Shown: piece after piece, positions 9,204 to 17,077 of the stretch | How positions within the stretch are numbered: position 1 is the stretch's first letter | Layout of the letters: each line of letters opens with the position of its first letter | Sequence record: SRR20825006_505 | DNA: 20,000 nucleotides | Direction: 5' to 3' (one strand) | Position numbers and translations under genes: made by a program | Notes under the pieces: model-generated | What the model was told of the DNA's origin: nothing | Database searches by the model: none | Seen by the model: the letters and a program-made list of their open reading frames with translations, nothing else

Positions 9204-9862
9204 GACTGCCACTTCCTTTCAAGATGTGCTGCGTAGCGCGAGATGGGGAATGAGAGCGCGAAATAGAACGCGCCTGCCACAGCGAGCACAAGCAAGGGTT
9301 GTTGCGTACGCGTGATCAAATCACGCGCGACTTTCAAGAGTTCTGGATGGCCGAGGACCGACACCAGCGCACTGTCTTTCAGCACACCAAGCGCCACGCC
9401 TACCCATGAAGGGAACACGGCGCGCAAGCCGATGGGCCACACCACATAGCGCATGGTTTGCAAATAGCTCATGCCAAGTGACCGACCTGCACGACGCATG
9501 GGCGCACCGACTGCCTCAATGCCGCCGCGGGCCACATTGGCCACAAGCGCGGAAGTGTAAACACCCAGAATGGTGACACCTGCCCAAAATGGGCTGACGG
9601 CCAAACCGATGACGTTGAACAGATTGTAGAACAACACCAGTTGGATGATCAGCGGCACGGAGCGGAACGCATCCAGAATAAACCCAACGGTGATGGCGCC
9701 GACCACTTTGGATTCTGACAAGATCCAGCCAAAGAAGATGCCGAGAATTGTGCCGCCAGAAATTGAAAGCACGGAAATCAGCAAGGTTTGCCATGCGGCT
9801 TGGGTTAGGAACCAAAGGTCTTTTGGGCCAAAGCCGGAGAAGAATGCGATTGACTCGTTCAT
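9200..9862 (-). CDS. hypP: Amino acid ABC transporter permease
   Basis: HisM-like TM pattern with [10 protein letters not shown], an EAA-like loop AGRSLGMS, and LKDSALVS. Confidence 0.88.
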   Translation of the reverse strand: MNESIAFFSGFGPKDLWFLTQAAWQTLLISVLSISGGTILGIFFGWILSESKVVGAITVGFILDAFRSVPLIIQLVLFYNLFNVIGLAVSPFWAGVTILGVYTSALVANVARGGIEAVGAPMRRAGRSLGMSYLQTMRYVVWPIGLRAVFPSWVGVALGVLKDSALVSVLGHPELLKVARDLITRTQQPLLVLAVAGAFYFALSFPISRYAAHLERKWQS

Positions 9863-9878
9863 TTATTCATCCCTCCCC

Positions 9879-10544
9879 TTAGTACCGGAACAAACGCCAG
9901 GACAGCAGCCTGGAGATGCCCAAAATCATTTTCACCATCACGTAATAGATGAGCGCGGTGACCGCGAAATACTCAAAGATACGGAAGGTCTTAAAGGCTT
10001 GCGCCTGTGTTTCACCCGCCAATTCACGAAAGCCGACAATCATTGCCAAAGAGCTCATCAACACCGCCCAAACCAACTGGTTAGTCATAGGGTGATAAAC
10101 AATGCGGAACACTTGCGGGATGATGATCCGCGTGTAGGCTTGTGTGGCTGACATGCCGAGCGAACGCGCCGCGCGCATTTGCGTATCCGGCACCGCCTGA
10201 AATCCGCCACGGAAATTTTCCGCCAGATAGCCTGCATTGTTAAAGGACAATCCGGCCAAAACAATCAGATAAGGCGTTAGGTGCAACCCGAAGGCACCCA
10301 ACCCAAATGAAAAGAAGAAAAGCTGGAACAGAGCGGGCGTGTTGCGGGCGGTTTCAACCCATGCAGTGGCAATCCAAGACAGATATTTTGGGCCACCCAT
10401 GCGCAACAAAGCCAACACCAAGCCAATGCCAATACCAATAATCATGGAGAGTACCGAAATCTGCAACGTGACCAAGCTGGCTTCAAGCAGCTCTGGCAAT
10501 TTGCGGATCACCGGACGCCAGTGGAACGTGTAATCAAAGTTCAC
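9879..10544 (-). CDS. hypN: Amino acid ABC transporter permease
   Basis: RNTPALFQL and AENFRGG..AARSLGMS. GTG start with an AGGAG SD. Confidence 0.88.
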   Translation of the reverse strand: MNFDYTFHWRPVIRKLPELLEASLVTLQISVLSMIIGIGIGLVLALLRMGGPKYLSWIATAWVETARNTPALFQLFFFSFGLGAFGLHLTPYLIVLAGLSFNNAGYLAENFRGGFQAVPDTQMRAARSLGMSATQAYTRIIIPQVFRIVYHPMTNQLVWAVLMSSLAMIVGFRELAGETQAQAFKTFRIFEYFAVTALIYYVMVKMILGISRLLSWRLFRY

Positions 10545-10574
10545 CGCGTCTCCTCCTTTGCTTGTGGTTGGAAG

Positions 10575-10611
10575 ATCTGCCCGCAGCGCATGAGCGTCGC
10601 CGCGAGCAGAT
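10575..10611 (-). other. Intercistronic 14-bp hairpin downstream of the substrate-binding protein gene
   Basis: Minus strand AUCUGCUCGCGGCG, 9-nt loop, CGCUGCGGGCAGAU. It is fully paired with two G-U pairs, which would be C-A mismatches on the plus strand. Confidence 0.65.
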
Positions 10612-10619
10612 GGCTTGAC

Positions 10620-11426
10620 TTAGTACATCACGCCAGGGATGCGCAGTTCTGGTGCGCTATCGCCAACATATTTCTGCCAAAGCTCTTCATAACGACCTGA
10701 ACGCACCTGATGGGTGATGAACAGGTTGATATAGTTGAGCCAAGACACGTCTTTACGTGGGCCTGCAACTGAGGTGTAGTCTGTGGTCCATGGCATACGC
10801 GGGCCAGGCACAACGCTGTCATATTGGTCAGTTACGGGCTTCACCGCTGTGTTGGTGGTGATGCCTGCATCGGCTTTGCCTTGTGCCACAGCGAGGAACA
10901 CTTCGTTTTCGCTCTGATAGCCTTGGTAAAGGTTCTCTTCGCCCCACTCTTCAGCAATTTTGAGCCACTCTTGCTCGGGCACAGTGCCCACAGCAGCAGC
11001 AACGCGCTTGCCCTTCATGTCCTCAAAGCTTTCGATGCCGCTATCTTTGCCGACAACTGCTTGCGCGAAGTAGATTGCGTAAGGAATGGAGAAGCCAACT
11101 GTTTTGGCGCGTTCTAGCGAGTCAGATGTGCCGCCGAACACGATGTCTGCCCGGTTGGTGACGATGGCAGGCAAACGCTCTGCCCAAGTCACAGGGATGA
11201 TTTCAGCATCCACGTCAAGGGCCGCTGCCATGTCGTTACAATATTCAACATCAAAGCCTGCAGGCTCATTGTTCGCATCGCGATAGCCGATTGGTGGGAA
11301 ATCCAACACCACAGCACAGCGCAACACGCCATTGTTAATTACATCATCCAACTTATCAGCGAATGCTTGTGGGGCAGCCAAGCCTGCCACCATTGCCGCC
11401 ATCGCAGCTACTTTCAAAAATTTCAT
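10620..11426 (-). CDS. hypM: ABC transporter substrate-binding protein (SBP_bac_3 type), probable hydroxyproline/D-proline binding
   Basis: Signal peptide MKFLKVAAMAAMVAGLAAPQAFA from ATG 11426 (GGGAGG SD), with DFPP, GFDVEYC and ERAKTVGFSIPY motifs. Confidence 0.88.
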   Translation of the reverse strand: MKFLKVAAMAAMVAGLAAPQAFADKLDDVINNGVLRCAVVLDFPPIGYRDANNEPAGFDVEYCNDMAAALDVDAEIIPVTWAERLPAIVTNRADIVFGGTSDSLERAKTVGFSIPYAIYFAQAVVGKDSGIESFEDMKGKRVAAAVGTVPEQEWLKIAEEWGEENLYQGYQSENEVFLAVAQGKADAGITTNTAVKPVTDQYDSVVPGPRMPWTTDYTSVAGPRKDVSWLNYINLFITHQVRSGRYEELWQKYVGDSAPELRIPGVMY

Positions 11427-11554
11427 AGTTTCCTCCCGGTTTTCGTGACGCAACCACTCCCCTTAGCGCATGGACCAACACCCAATCAGCGGTGCGGCCT
11501 TAACAGCAGCGCAGGGACCAAACTTGCGCCTTGCATTTTTCTCTATACCATAAA

Positions 11555-11566
11555 ATTGGATACAAT
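11555..11566. promoter_or_regulatory. Putative GntR/HypR operator
   Basis: ATTGGATACAAT is one mismatch from the palindrome ATTGTATACAAT (GntR/FCD-type motif). It lies in the AT-rich divergent spacer between hypM and the GntR gene, and a further TACAAT follows immediately. Confidence 0.55.
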
Positions 11567-11738
11567 CTACAATATTCTTTATAAAATATGCTATACCTTT
11601 GGATAAGTCGGCAAAAAGCGCCTGAAAAGCAGGCACTTGCGGACAAGGCATTAATCTAGGCTTGGCGAAATGGAGGGGACTGGACTATGTTGTCGCAAAA
11701 TCTGACTTTATATTTTCTGTGTTGGACAGATCGGACTT

Positions 11739-12410
11739 ATGAAATTTAATGCAACCAATGTGCGCGCATCTGCGTCGGCCGCAGATTTGATTTTTGAAGC
11801 GCTGCGCGAAGCGATTTTTACAGGCGAAATTGAAGCGGGCGAGCATTTGCGGCAGGACGCACTGGCGGAGATGTTCAACACCTCTCGAATCCCTGTGCGC
11901 GAGGCCCTCTCCCGCCTTGAGCAGCAAGGTTTGGTGAAAACAGAGCGCTATCGCGGCACGACGGTGACTTCCCTTTCCGTTGACGAAGTGCGCGAGATTT
12001 TTGAGTTCCGGGCGCTATTGGAAGGCGAAGTGATCCGCTATGCGGTGGAGAATATGGATGATGCGACGTTGGATGTGGCGCGGCGCGCTTGTGATGCGTT
12101 TGCGACGGAAACAGATTCGGCCAAATATGGCGATTTGAACCGCGACTTCCATTATGCGCTTTATGCGAAGGCAGAGCGCCCCTATCACCTCAAAATTGTG
12201 AACCAAGCACTTGATCGCATTGAAAGCTATTTGCGGGCGCAATTGGTGCTGACCAATGGCATGGAACGCGCACGCCGGGAGCATTTGGGCATTTTGGAAG
12301 CGTGCGTGGAGCGCGATGCTGCCAAGGCCGCGCAATTGACACGCGACCATATTTTAGGCGCCAGCGCCTCTTTGATCCAGTTTTTGGAAAAACGCGATAG
12401 CGCAAAATAA
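11739..12410 (+). CDS. hypR: GntR-family (FCD domain) transcriptional regulator of the hydroxyproline cluster
   Basis: wHTH motif LRQDALAEMFNTSRIPVREAL and FCD motifs NRDFH and EH..IL. Divergent from the hyp operon. Confidence 0.8.
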   Translation: MKFNATNVRASASAADLIFEALREAIFTGEIEAGEHLRQDALAEMFNTSRIPVREALSRLEQQGLVKTERYRGTTVTSLSVDEVREIFEFRALLEGEVIRYAVENMDDATLDVARRACDAFATETDSAKYGDLNRDFHYALYAKAERPYHLKIVNQALDRIESYLRAQLVLTNGMERARREHLGILEACVERDAAKAAQLTRDHILGASASLIQFLEKRDSAK

Positions 12411-12439
12411 AAGGCGCGTTGAAACAACGCGCCTTCTTT
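12411..12439. terminator. Probable bidirectional intrinsic terminator between hypR and the peroxiredoxin gene
   Basis: AAGGCGCGTTG-AAA-CAACGCGCCTT is a perfect inverted repeat with an A-rich left flank and a TCTTT right flank, between convergent genes. Confidence 0.8.
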
Positions 12440-12462
12440 AATTCACTCAAGCCTAAGCCTGA

Positions 12463-13023
12463 TTATGCAACTTGCTCTTGATCGAATGGTTTGTTGTCGC
12501 GCAACCATGCCAAAACATGCTCTGGGCTAGACACATCATATGGGTCTGTTGCGCAATCATCTTCAAAGCCTTCTTCTGGGAACCAACCCACCAAGATGCC
12601 ATCGTCAATGATCGCAGCATAGCGCCATGAGCGGTAGCCAAAGCCAAGATTGTCTTTTTTGACCAACATGCCCATTTTGCGGGTAAATTCGCCTGAACCA
12701 TCTGGGATCAAGCCAACATTTTCAACGCCTTGATCTTTGCCCCACTTGTTCATCACAAATGCGTCGTTCACGCTCAAGCAATAGATCGCGTCGATGCCTT
12801 CTTCCTGAAACTCACCGTGCAGCTTTTCGTAGTTTGGCAACTGGTAAGTTGAGCAAGTTGGGGTGAACGCGCCCGGCAATGAGAACAGCACAACGCGCTT
12901 ACCTTTGAAATAATCGTCAGTTGTTTTTGCTTCCCAACGGAATGGGTTTGGGCCTTCAATTGACTCATCACGAACGCGAGTCTGGAAGGTCACTTTAGGG
13001 AGTTTCATGCCAACATGAGCCAT
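12463..13023 (-). CDS. Peroxiredoxin, Prx5-like (homologous to the PGdx N-terminal domain, no glutaredoxin fusion)
   Basis: LPGAFTPTCS peroxidatic motif, SVNDAFVM, DGSGEFT and GFGYRSWRY. ATG 13023 with a GAGGTG SD. Confidence 0.9.
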   Translation of the reverse strand: MAHVGMKLPKVTFQTRVRDESIEGPNPFRWEAKTTDDYFKGKRVVLFSLPGAFTPTCSTYQLPNYEKLHGEFQEEGIDAIYCLSVNDAFVMNKWGKDQGVENVGLIPDGSGEFTRKMGMLVKKDNLGFGYRSWRYAAIIDDGILVGWFPEEGFEDDCATDPYDVSSPEHVLAWLRDNKPFDQEQVA

Positions 13024-13286
13024 CGTATTCACCTCGATTTTCACAAATTCTTTTGACTATTCACACACATAGCTTCCCTCAGCCGTTTTACGGGCATGCA
13101 CCTCAAAAAGAAGGATTGGAAAGCAACTATAGAATGCGAACAATTCGCATGAGTGCTGTTAATGCATATTGATGAAACTAACAAGACATGTTTGCCCTTG
13201 TGCACCAAAATGCCGCGTTTTCTACCCGACAAACGATTGAATTTGCAGCTTGTTCCAAAGCAATCCACATAGACATAATTAAAAAT

Positions 13287-13302
13287 TTGACCTTTTGATA
13301 AA
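13287..13302. promoter_or_regulatory. Putative RutR/PydR box upstream of preT
   Basis: TTGACC-TTTT-GATAAA resembles the 16-bp RutR consensus TTGACCAnnTGGTCAA. Confidence 0.5.
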
Positions 13303-13444
13303 AATAATTCAAGATTTTGATATCGGATCGCGATTTTTGCGTGGCAATCGCCCAACCCCACGGCTGGGACGTCAAAAAGTTTGAGGAGACTTTGAGACGA
13401 TATCGCTACTTCTAATTTCGCGGCAAATTAGGGAGGGGAGAACA

Positions 13445-14800
13445 ATGTCTGATCGACAGCCATTGTCGCGCGATGTGCAAAGCGCACGATTGAGCGCAGC
13501 AGAATATGATGAGAATTTTTCAGACCTACACGCACCGTTAGATTGGCATGAAGCCAAGGTAGAGGCAGAGCGGTGCTATTTTTGTTACGACGCGCCGTGC
13601 ATGACGGCCTGCCCCACTTCAATCGACATTCCCCTTTTCATTCGACAAATCGCCGCTGATAACCCCACCGGGTCAGCGAAGACAATCTTAAATCAGAATA
13701 TTATGGGCGGCATGTGCGCTCGCGTTTGCCCCACGGAAACGTTGTGCGAAGAAGTTTGCGTGCGCGAAGTGGCGGAAGGCAAGCCAGTCAAGATCGGTCA
13801 GTTGCAACGCTATGCAACAGATCACTTTATGGAAAGCAAGCGCCCTCACCCCTTCACACGCAAAGCAGAGACCGGCAAGAAGGTCGCCATCGTTGGCGCT
13901 GGGCCTGCGGGCATGAGCTGCGCGCACCATTTGGCGCGTGAAGGCCATGACGTGACGGTGTTCGAAGCACGCAGCAAGCCGGGCGGCCTGAATGAATTCG
14001 GCATTGCCAGCTACAAATCGACTGAGAATTTTGCGCAACGCGAAATTGAGTTTTTGCTGGAGATTGGCGGCATTGAAATCAAAACCGGACAGCGACTGGG
14101 ACAGGAAATCGCGCTCGACCAGTTGACCAACGATTATGACGCTGTGTTTTTGGGGCTAGGCCTTAAAAACACCAACCGCCTCAACCTTGAAGGCGAAGAC
14201 GCACCCGGGTGCGAAGATGCAATCGACTATATTGCGGCGTTGCGGCAGGCACAGGATAAATCTAGCCTCTCCGTGGGGCGCAATGTTGTGGTGATTGGCG
14301 GCGGCATGACGGCCATCGATATTGCCATTCAGACCAAATTGCTTGGCGCAGAGAATGTGACCATTTGCTACCGTCGTGGCCAAGACGCAATGAATGCCAG
14401 CCTTTATGAGCAGGAATTGGCGCAAACCCATGGCGTGAAAATCATGCATTGGCGTCAGCCGCACAGCATTAAGCTGAATGAACAAGGCGAGGTTTGCGGG
14501 CTTGAGGTTGAAACAACTTCTGATGCAAGTGGCAAACTTTCCGGCACTGGCGAAATGCAAATCATCCAAGCAGATCAAATCTTTAAGGCGATTGGCCAAA
14601 AGTTTGATTCAAGCCTTTTGAGCGACCATCAAGTGGAACTTGAGCAAGGTCGGATCAAGGTGGTCGATACGCGGCAAACCTCGCACCAAAAGATTTGGGC
14701 GGGTGGCGACTGCATTGTTGGCGGCGAGGATTTAACCGTTGTCGCTGTGGAAGACGGCAAGATCGCAGCACAACATATCAATTCAGTTTTACAGGGTTAG
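13445..14800 (+). CDS. preT: Dihydropyrimidine dehydrogenase subunit PreT (GltD-like Fe-S flavoprotein)
   Basis: CYFCYDAPCMTACP and CARVCPTETLCE Fe-S motifs, GAGPAG, and GGGMTAID. Directly upstream of preA, with a GGAGGGGAG SD. Confidence 0.92.
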   Translation: MSDRQPLSRDVQSARLSAAEYDENFSDLHAPLDWHEAKVEAERCYFCYDAPCMTACPTSIDIPLFIRQIAADNPTGSAKTILNQNIMGGMCARVCPTETLCEEVCVREVAEGKPVKIGQLQRYATDHFMESKRPHPFTRKAETGKKVAIVGAGPAGMSCAHHLAREGHDVTVFEARSKPGGLNEFGIASYKSTENFAQREIEFLLEIGGIEIKTGQRLGQEIALDQLTNDYDAVFLGLGLKNTNRLNLEGEDAPGCEDAIDYIAALRQAQDKSSLSVGRNVVVIGGGMTAIDIAIQTKLLGAENVTICYRRGQDAMNASLYEQELAQTHGVKIMHWRQPHSIKLNEQGEVCGLEVETTSDASGKLSGTGEMQIIQADQIFKAIGQKFDSSLLSDHQVELEQGRIKVVDTRQTSHQKIWAGGDCIVGGEDLTVVAVEDGKIAAQHINSVLQG

Positions 14801-14813
14801 GAGGAGAAACATC

Positions 14814-16124
14814 ATGGCTGATTTAACCTCAAATTTTCTAGGCATTTCGTCTCCCAACCCGTTCTGGCTGGCCTCTGCACCGCCAACCGACAAAGCATAC
14901 AATGTGGAACGCGCTTTTGAAGCGGGCTGGGGCGGTGTCGTTTGGAAAACACTCGGCTCAGAAGGCCCGCCAGTAGTGAATGTGAACGGCCCGCGCTATG
15001 GCGCAATTTATGGCCATGATCGGCATTTGATCGGGCTGAACAATATTGAGCTGATCACCGACCGCGATCTTTATGTGAATTTGAAAGAGATTACAGAGGT
15101 CAAGAAACGCTGGCCGGATCGTGCGCTCATTGTTTCGCTTATGGTGCCTTGCGACGAAGAAAGCTGGAAGGCCATTCTGCCGCTGGTAGAAGAAACTGGC
15201 GCGGATGGCATCGAGCTAAACTTCGGCTGCCCGCACGGCATGAGCGAACGCGGCATGGGTGCTGCTGTTGGCCAGGTGCCGGAATATATTCAAATGGTCA
15301 CTGAATGGTGCAAGAAATATTATTCAAAACCCGTGATCGTGAAGCTGACGCCAAACATCACCGATGTGCGTTACCCAGCACGCGCGGCCAAAGCGGGTGG
15401 CGCGGATGCGGTGAGCTTGATCAACACGATCAACTCCATTGTTGAAGTTGATCTCGACAATTTCGCGCCTGTGCCAACTATTGATGGCAAGGGCTCACAT
15501 GGTGGCTATTGTGGGCCGGCTGTGAAGCCGGTCGCCATGAATATGGTGGCAGAAATTGCACGCGATGCAGAAACCGCAGGTCTGCCCATTTCAGGGATTG
15601 GCGGCATCACCACATGGCGCGATGCGGCCGAATTTATCTCTCTTGGTTGTGGCAATGTGCAAGTGTGCACCGCTGCCATGACCTATGGCTTTAAAGTGGT
15701 GCAGGAAATGATCACCGGGCTTAGCGATTGGATGGATGAAAAGGGCATCAACTCCATCGATGAATTTATGGGCCGCACGGTGCCGAATGTGACGGATTGG
15801 AAATATCTCAACCTCAACTATGTCACCAAAGCCAAAATCAATCAGGATTTGTGCATTGAATGTGGCCGCTGCCACATTGCCTGTGAAGATACTTCGCACC
15901 AGGCGATCACCAATATGGTGGATGGCAAGCGTCACTTTGAGGTGATTGACGAGGAATGCGTGGGATGTAATCTATGTGTGAATGTCTGTCCGGTTGATGA
16001 TTGTATCACCATGGAACCTATCGCCGGAATGGACCCACGCACGGGTAAGCCAATCGATCCAGAATATGCAAACTGGACGACCCATCCAAACAATCCTAGC
16101 GCCAATACGGAGGCGGCAGAATAA
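14814..16124 (+). CDS. preA: Dihydropyrimidine dehydrogenase subunit PreA
   Basis: NPFWLASAPPTD, GLNNIELI, LNFGCPHGM (catalytic Cys), KLTPN, and two C-terminal 4Fe-4S motifs (CIECGRCHIAC, CVGCNLCVNVCP). ATG 14814 with a GGAGGAG SD. Confidence 0.95.
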   Translation: MADLTSNFLGISSPNPFWLASAPPTDKAYNVERAFEAGWGGVVWKTLGSEGPPVVNVNGPRYGAIYGHDRHLIGLNNIELITDRDLYVNLKEITEVKKRWPDRALIVSLMVPCDEESWKAILPLVEETGADGIELNFGCPHGMSERGMGAAVGQVPEYIQMVTEWCKKYYSKPVIVKLTPNITDVRYPARAAKAGGADAVSLINTINSIVEVDLDNFAPVPTIDGKGSHGGYCGPAVKPVAMNMVAEIARDAETAGLPISGIGGITTWRDAAEFISLGCGNVQVCTAAMTYGFKVVQEMITGLSDWMDEKGINSIDEFMGRTVPNVTDWKYLNLNYVTKAKINQDLCIECGRCHIACEDTSHQAITNMVDGKRHFEVIDEECVGCNLCVNVCPVDDCITMEPIAGMDPRTGKPIDPEYANWTTHPNNPSANTEAAE

Positions 16125-16175
16125 CACAAGAACCCGCCTTATCAGCTGAGCGCCACCATTTCAGGCACACAATAG

Positions 16176-16201
16176 ATGGCCGCGAAAAACTTCGCGGCCA
16201 T
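16176..16201 (+). other. Perfect 11-bp hairpin downstream of preA, inside the probable 5' coding region of the DMT gene
   Basis: ATGGCCGCGAA-AAAC-TTCGCGGCCAT, followed only by TTGG. Confidence 0.6.
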
Positions 16202-17074
16202 TTGGCTATGATATTGTTTTCCGTGCTGATTGCGGCGTCATTTTCCTTTGGTGCGTTGGCCGCCCCTTTTATCGATGCGGGCGCTCTAAGCGCATCTCGC
16301 TTTGTGCTCGCCTCTATCGTGATGGCCCTCATCGCCTATTTCACCCGCGTACCGCTGACTGAGGGCAAAACAATATTGCCCGCCAAACCCTATCGGTTCT
16401 TAATCCTCGGGTCGCTGATGGGCGTTTATTTCGTGACTATGTTCGAAGCGCTGCAAATCGCGTCGCCTGTTTCAACCGGAGCAGTGTTTACACTGATGCC
16501 GATTATCTCGGCTGGATTTGGCGTGGTGTTTCTGGCCCAGCGTGTATCGCCCCGCATGATGATCAGCTTGTTCATCGCTGCGATTGGCGCGATCTGGGTG
16601 ATTTTCCGTGGTGATTTAGACGCGCTATTGTCCTTCAATATTGGCACGGGCGAAGCCATTTTCTTTGTCGGCGTGGTGGCCCATGGCGCTTATGCGCCCC
16701 TGGTGCGTAGGCTCAATCAAGGTGAGCCGGTTGTGCAGTTCTCATTCTGGACCTTGGCCGCATGCGCCTTATGCCTGAGCATTTATGCCATCTATGGCAT
16801 TATGGAAACTGACTGGCTCAACCTGCCTGCGGTGGTTTATTGGGCGGGACTTTATCTGACGATATTCACCACGGCCCTCACCTTTTTCCTGCTGCAATAT
16901 GCCAGCCTGCGCCTGCCCGCTTCCAAAGTGATGTCCTATGGCTATTTGACGCCGAGCTTCATCATTTTGATTGAGGGCGTGAGCGGGCGTGGTTGGGTGA
17001 ACCCAAGCGTTGCCGTTGGCGCATTGGTGACTGTGTTGGCACTTGCCGTTTTGGCCTTTGCCAAGGAGGGATAG
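16202..17074 (+). CDS. DMT/EamA-family transporter; true start probably upstream (frame open from 16100, candidate ATA at 16121)
   Basis: About 10 hydrophobic helices in two EamA-like repeats, with ASRF, MFEAL, TL.P and YLTP motifs. The in-frame upstream sequence reads GREKLRGH before LAMILFS. Confidence 0.85.
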   Translation: MAMILFSVLIAASFSFGALAAPFIDAGALSASRFVLASIVMALIAYFTRVPLTEGKTILPAKPYRFLILGSLMGVYFVTMFEALQIASPVSTGAVFTLMPIISAGFGVVFLAQRVSPRMMISLFIAAIGAIWVIFRGDLDALLSFNIGTGEAIFFVGVVAHGAYAPLVRRLNQGEPVVQFSFWTLAACALCLSIYAIYGIMETDWLNLPAVVYWAGLYLTIFTTALTFFLLQYASLRLPASKVMSYGYLTPSFIILIEGVSGRGWVNPSVAVGALVTVLALAVLAFAKEG

Positions 17075-17077
17075 GCG

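Noticed and set aside
13125..13185. Possible OxyR site upstream of the peroxiredoxin
   Set aside because: Some T-N11-A cores exist, but the four ATAG/CTAT elements with 7-nt spacing cannot be fitted.
13041..13361. 106-aa minus-strand ORF upstream of the peroxiredoxin
   Set aside because: It covers the AT-rich divergent promoter region, has atypical composition and shows no recognisable domain.
13445..14800. Glutamate synthase small subunit (gltD)
   Set aside because: The fold is homologous, but the gene is adjacent to preA, there is no gltB, and the GGGMTAID motif fits PreT.
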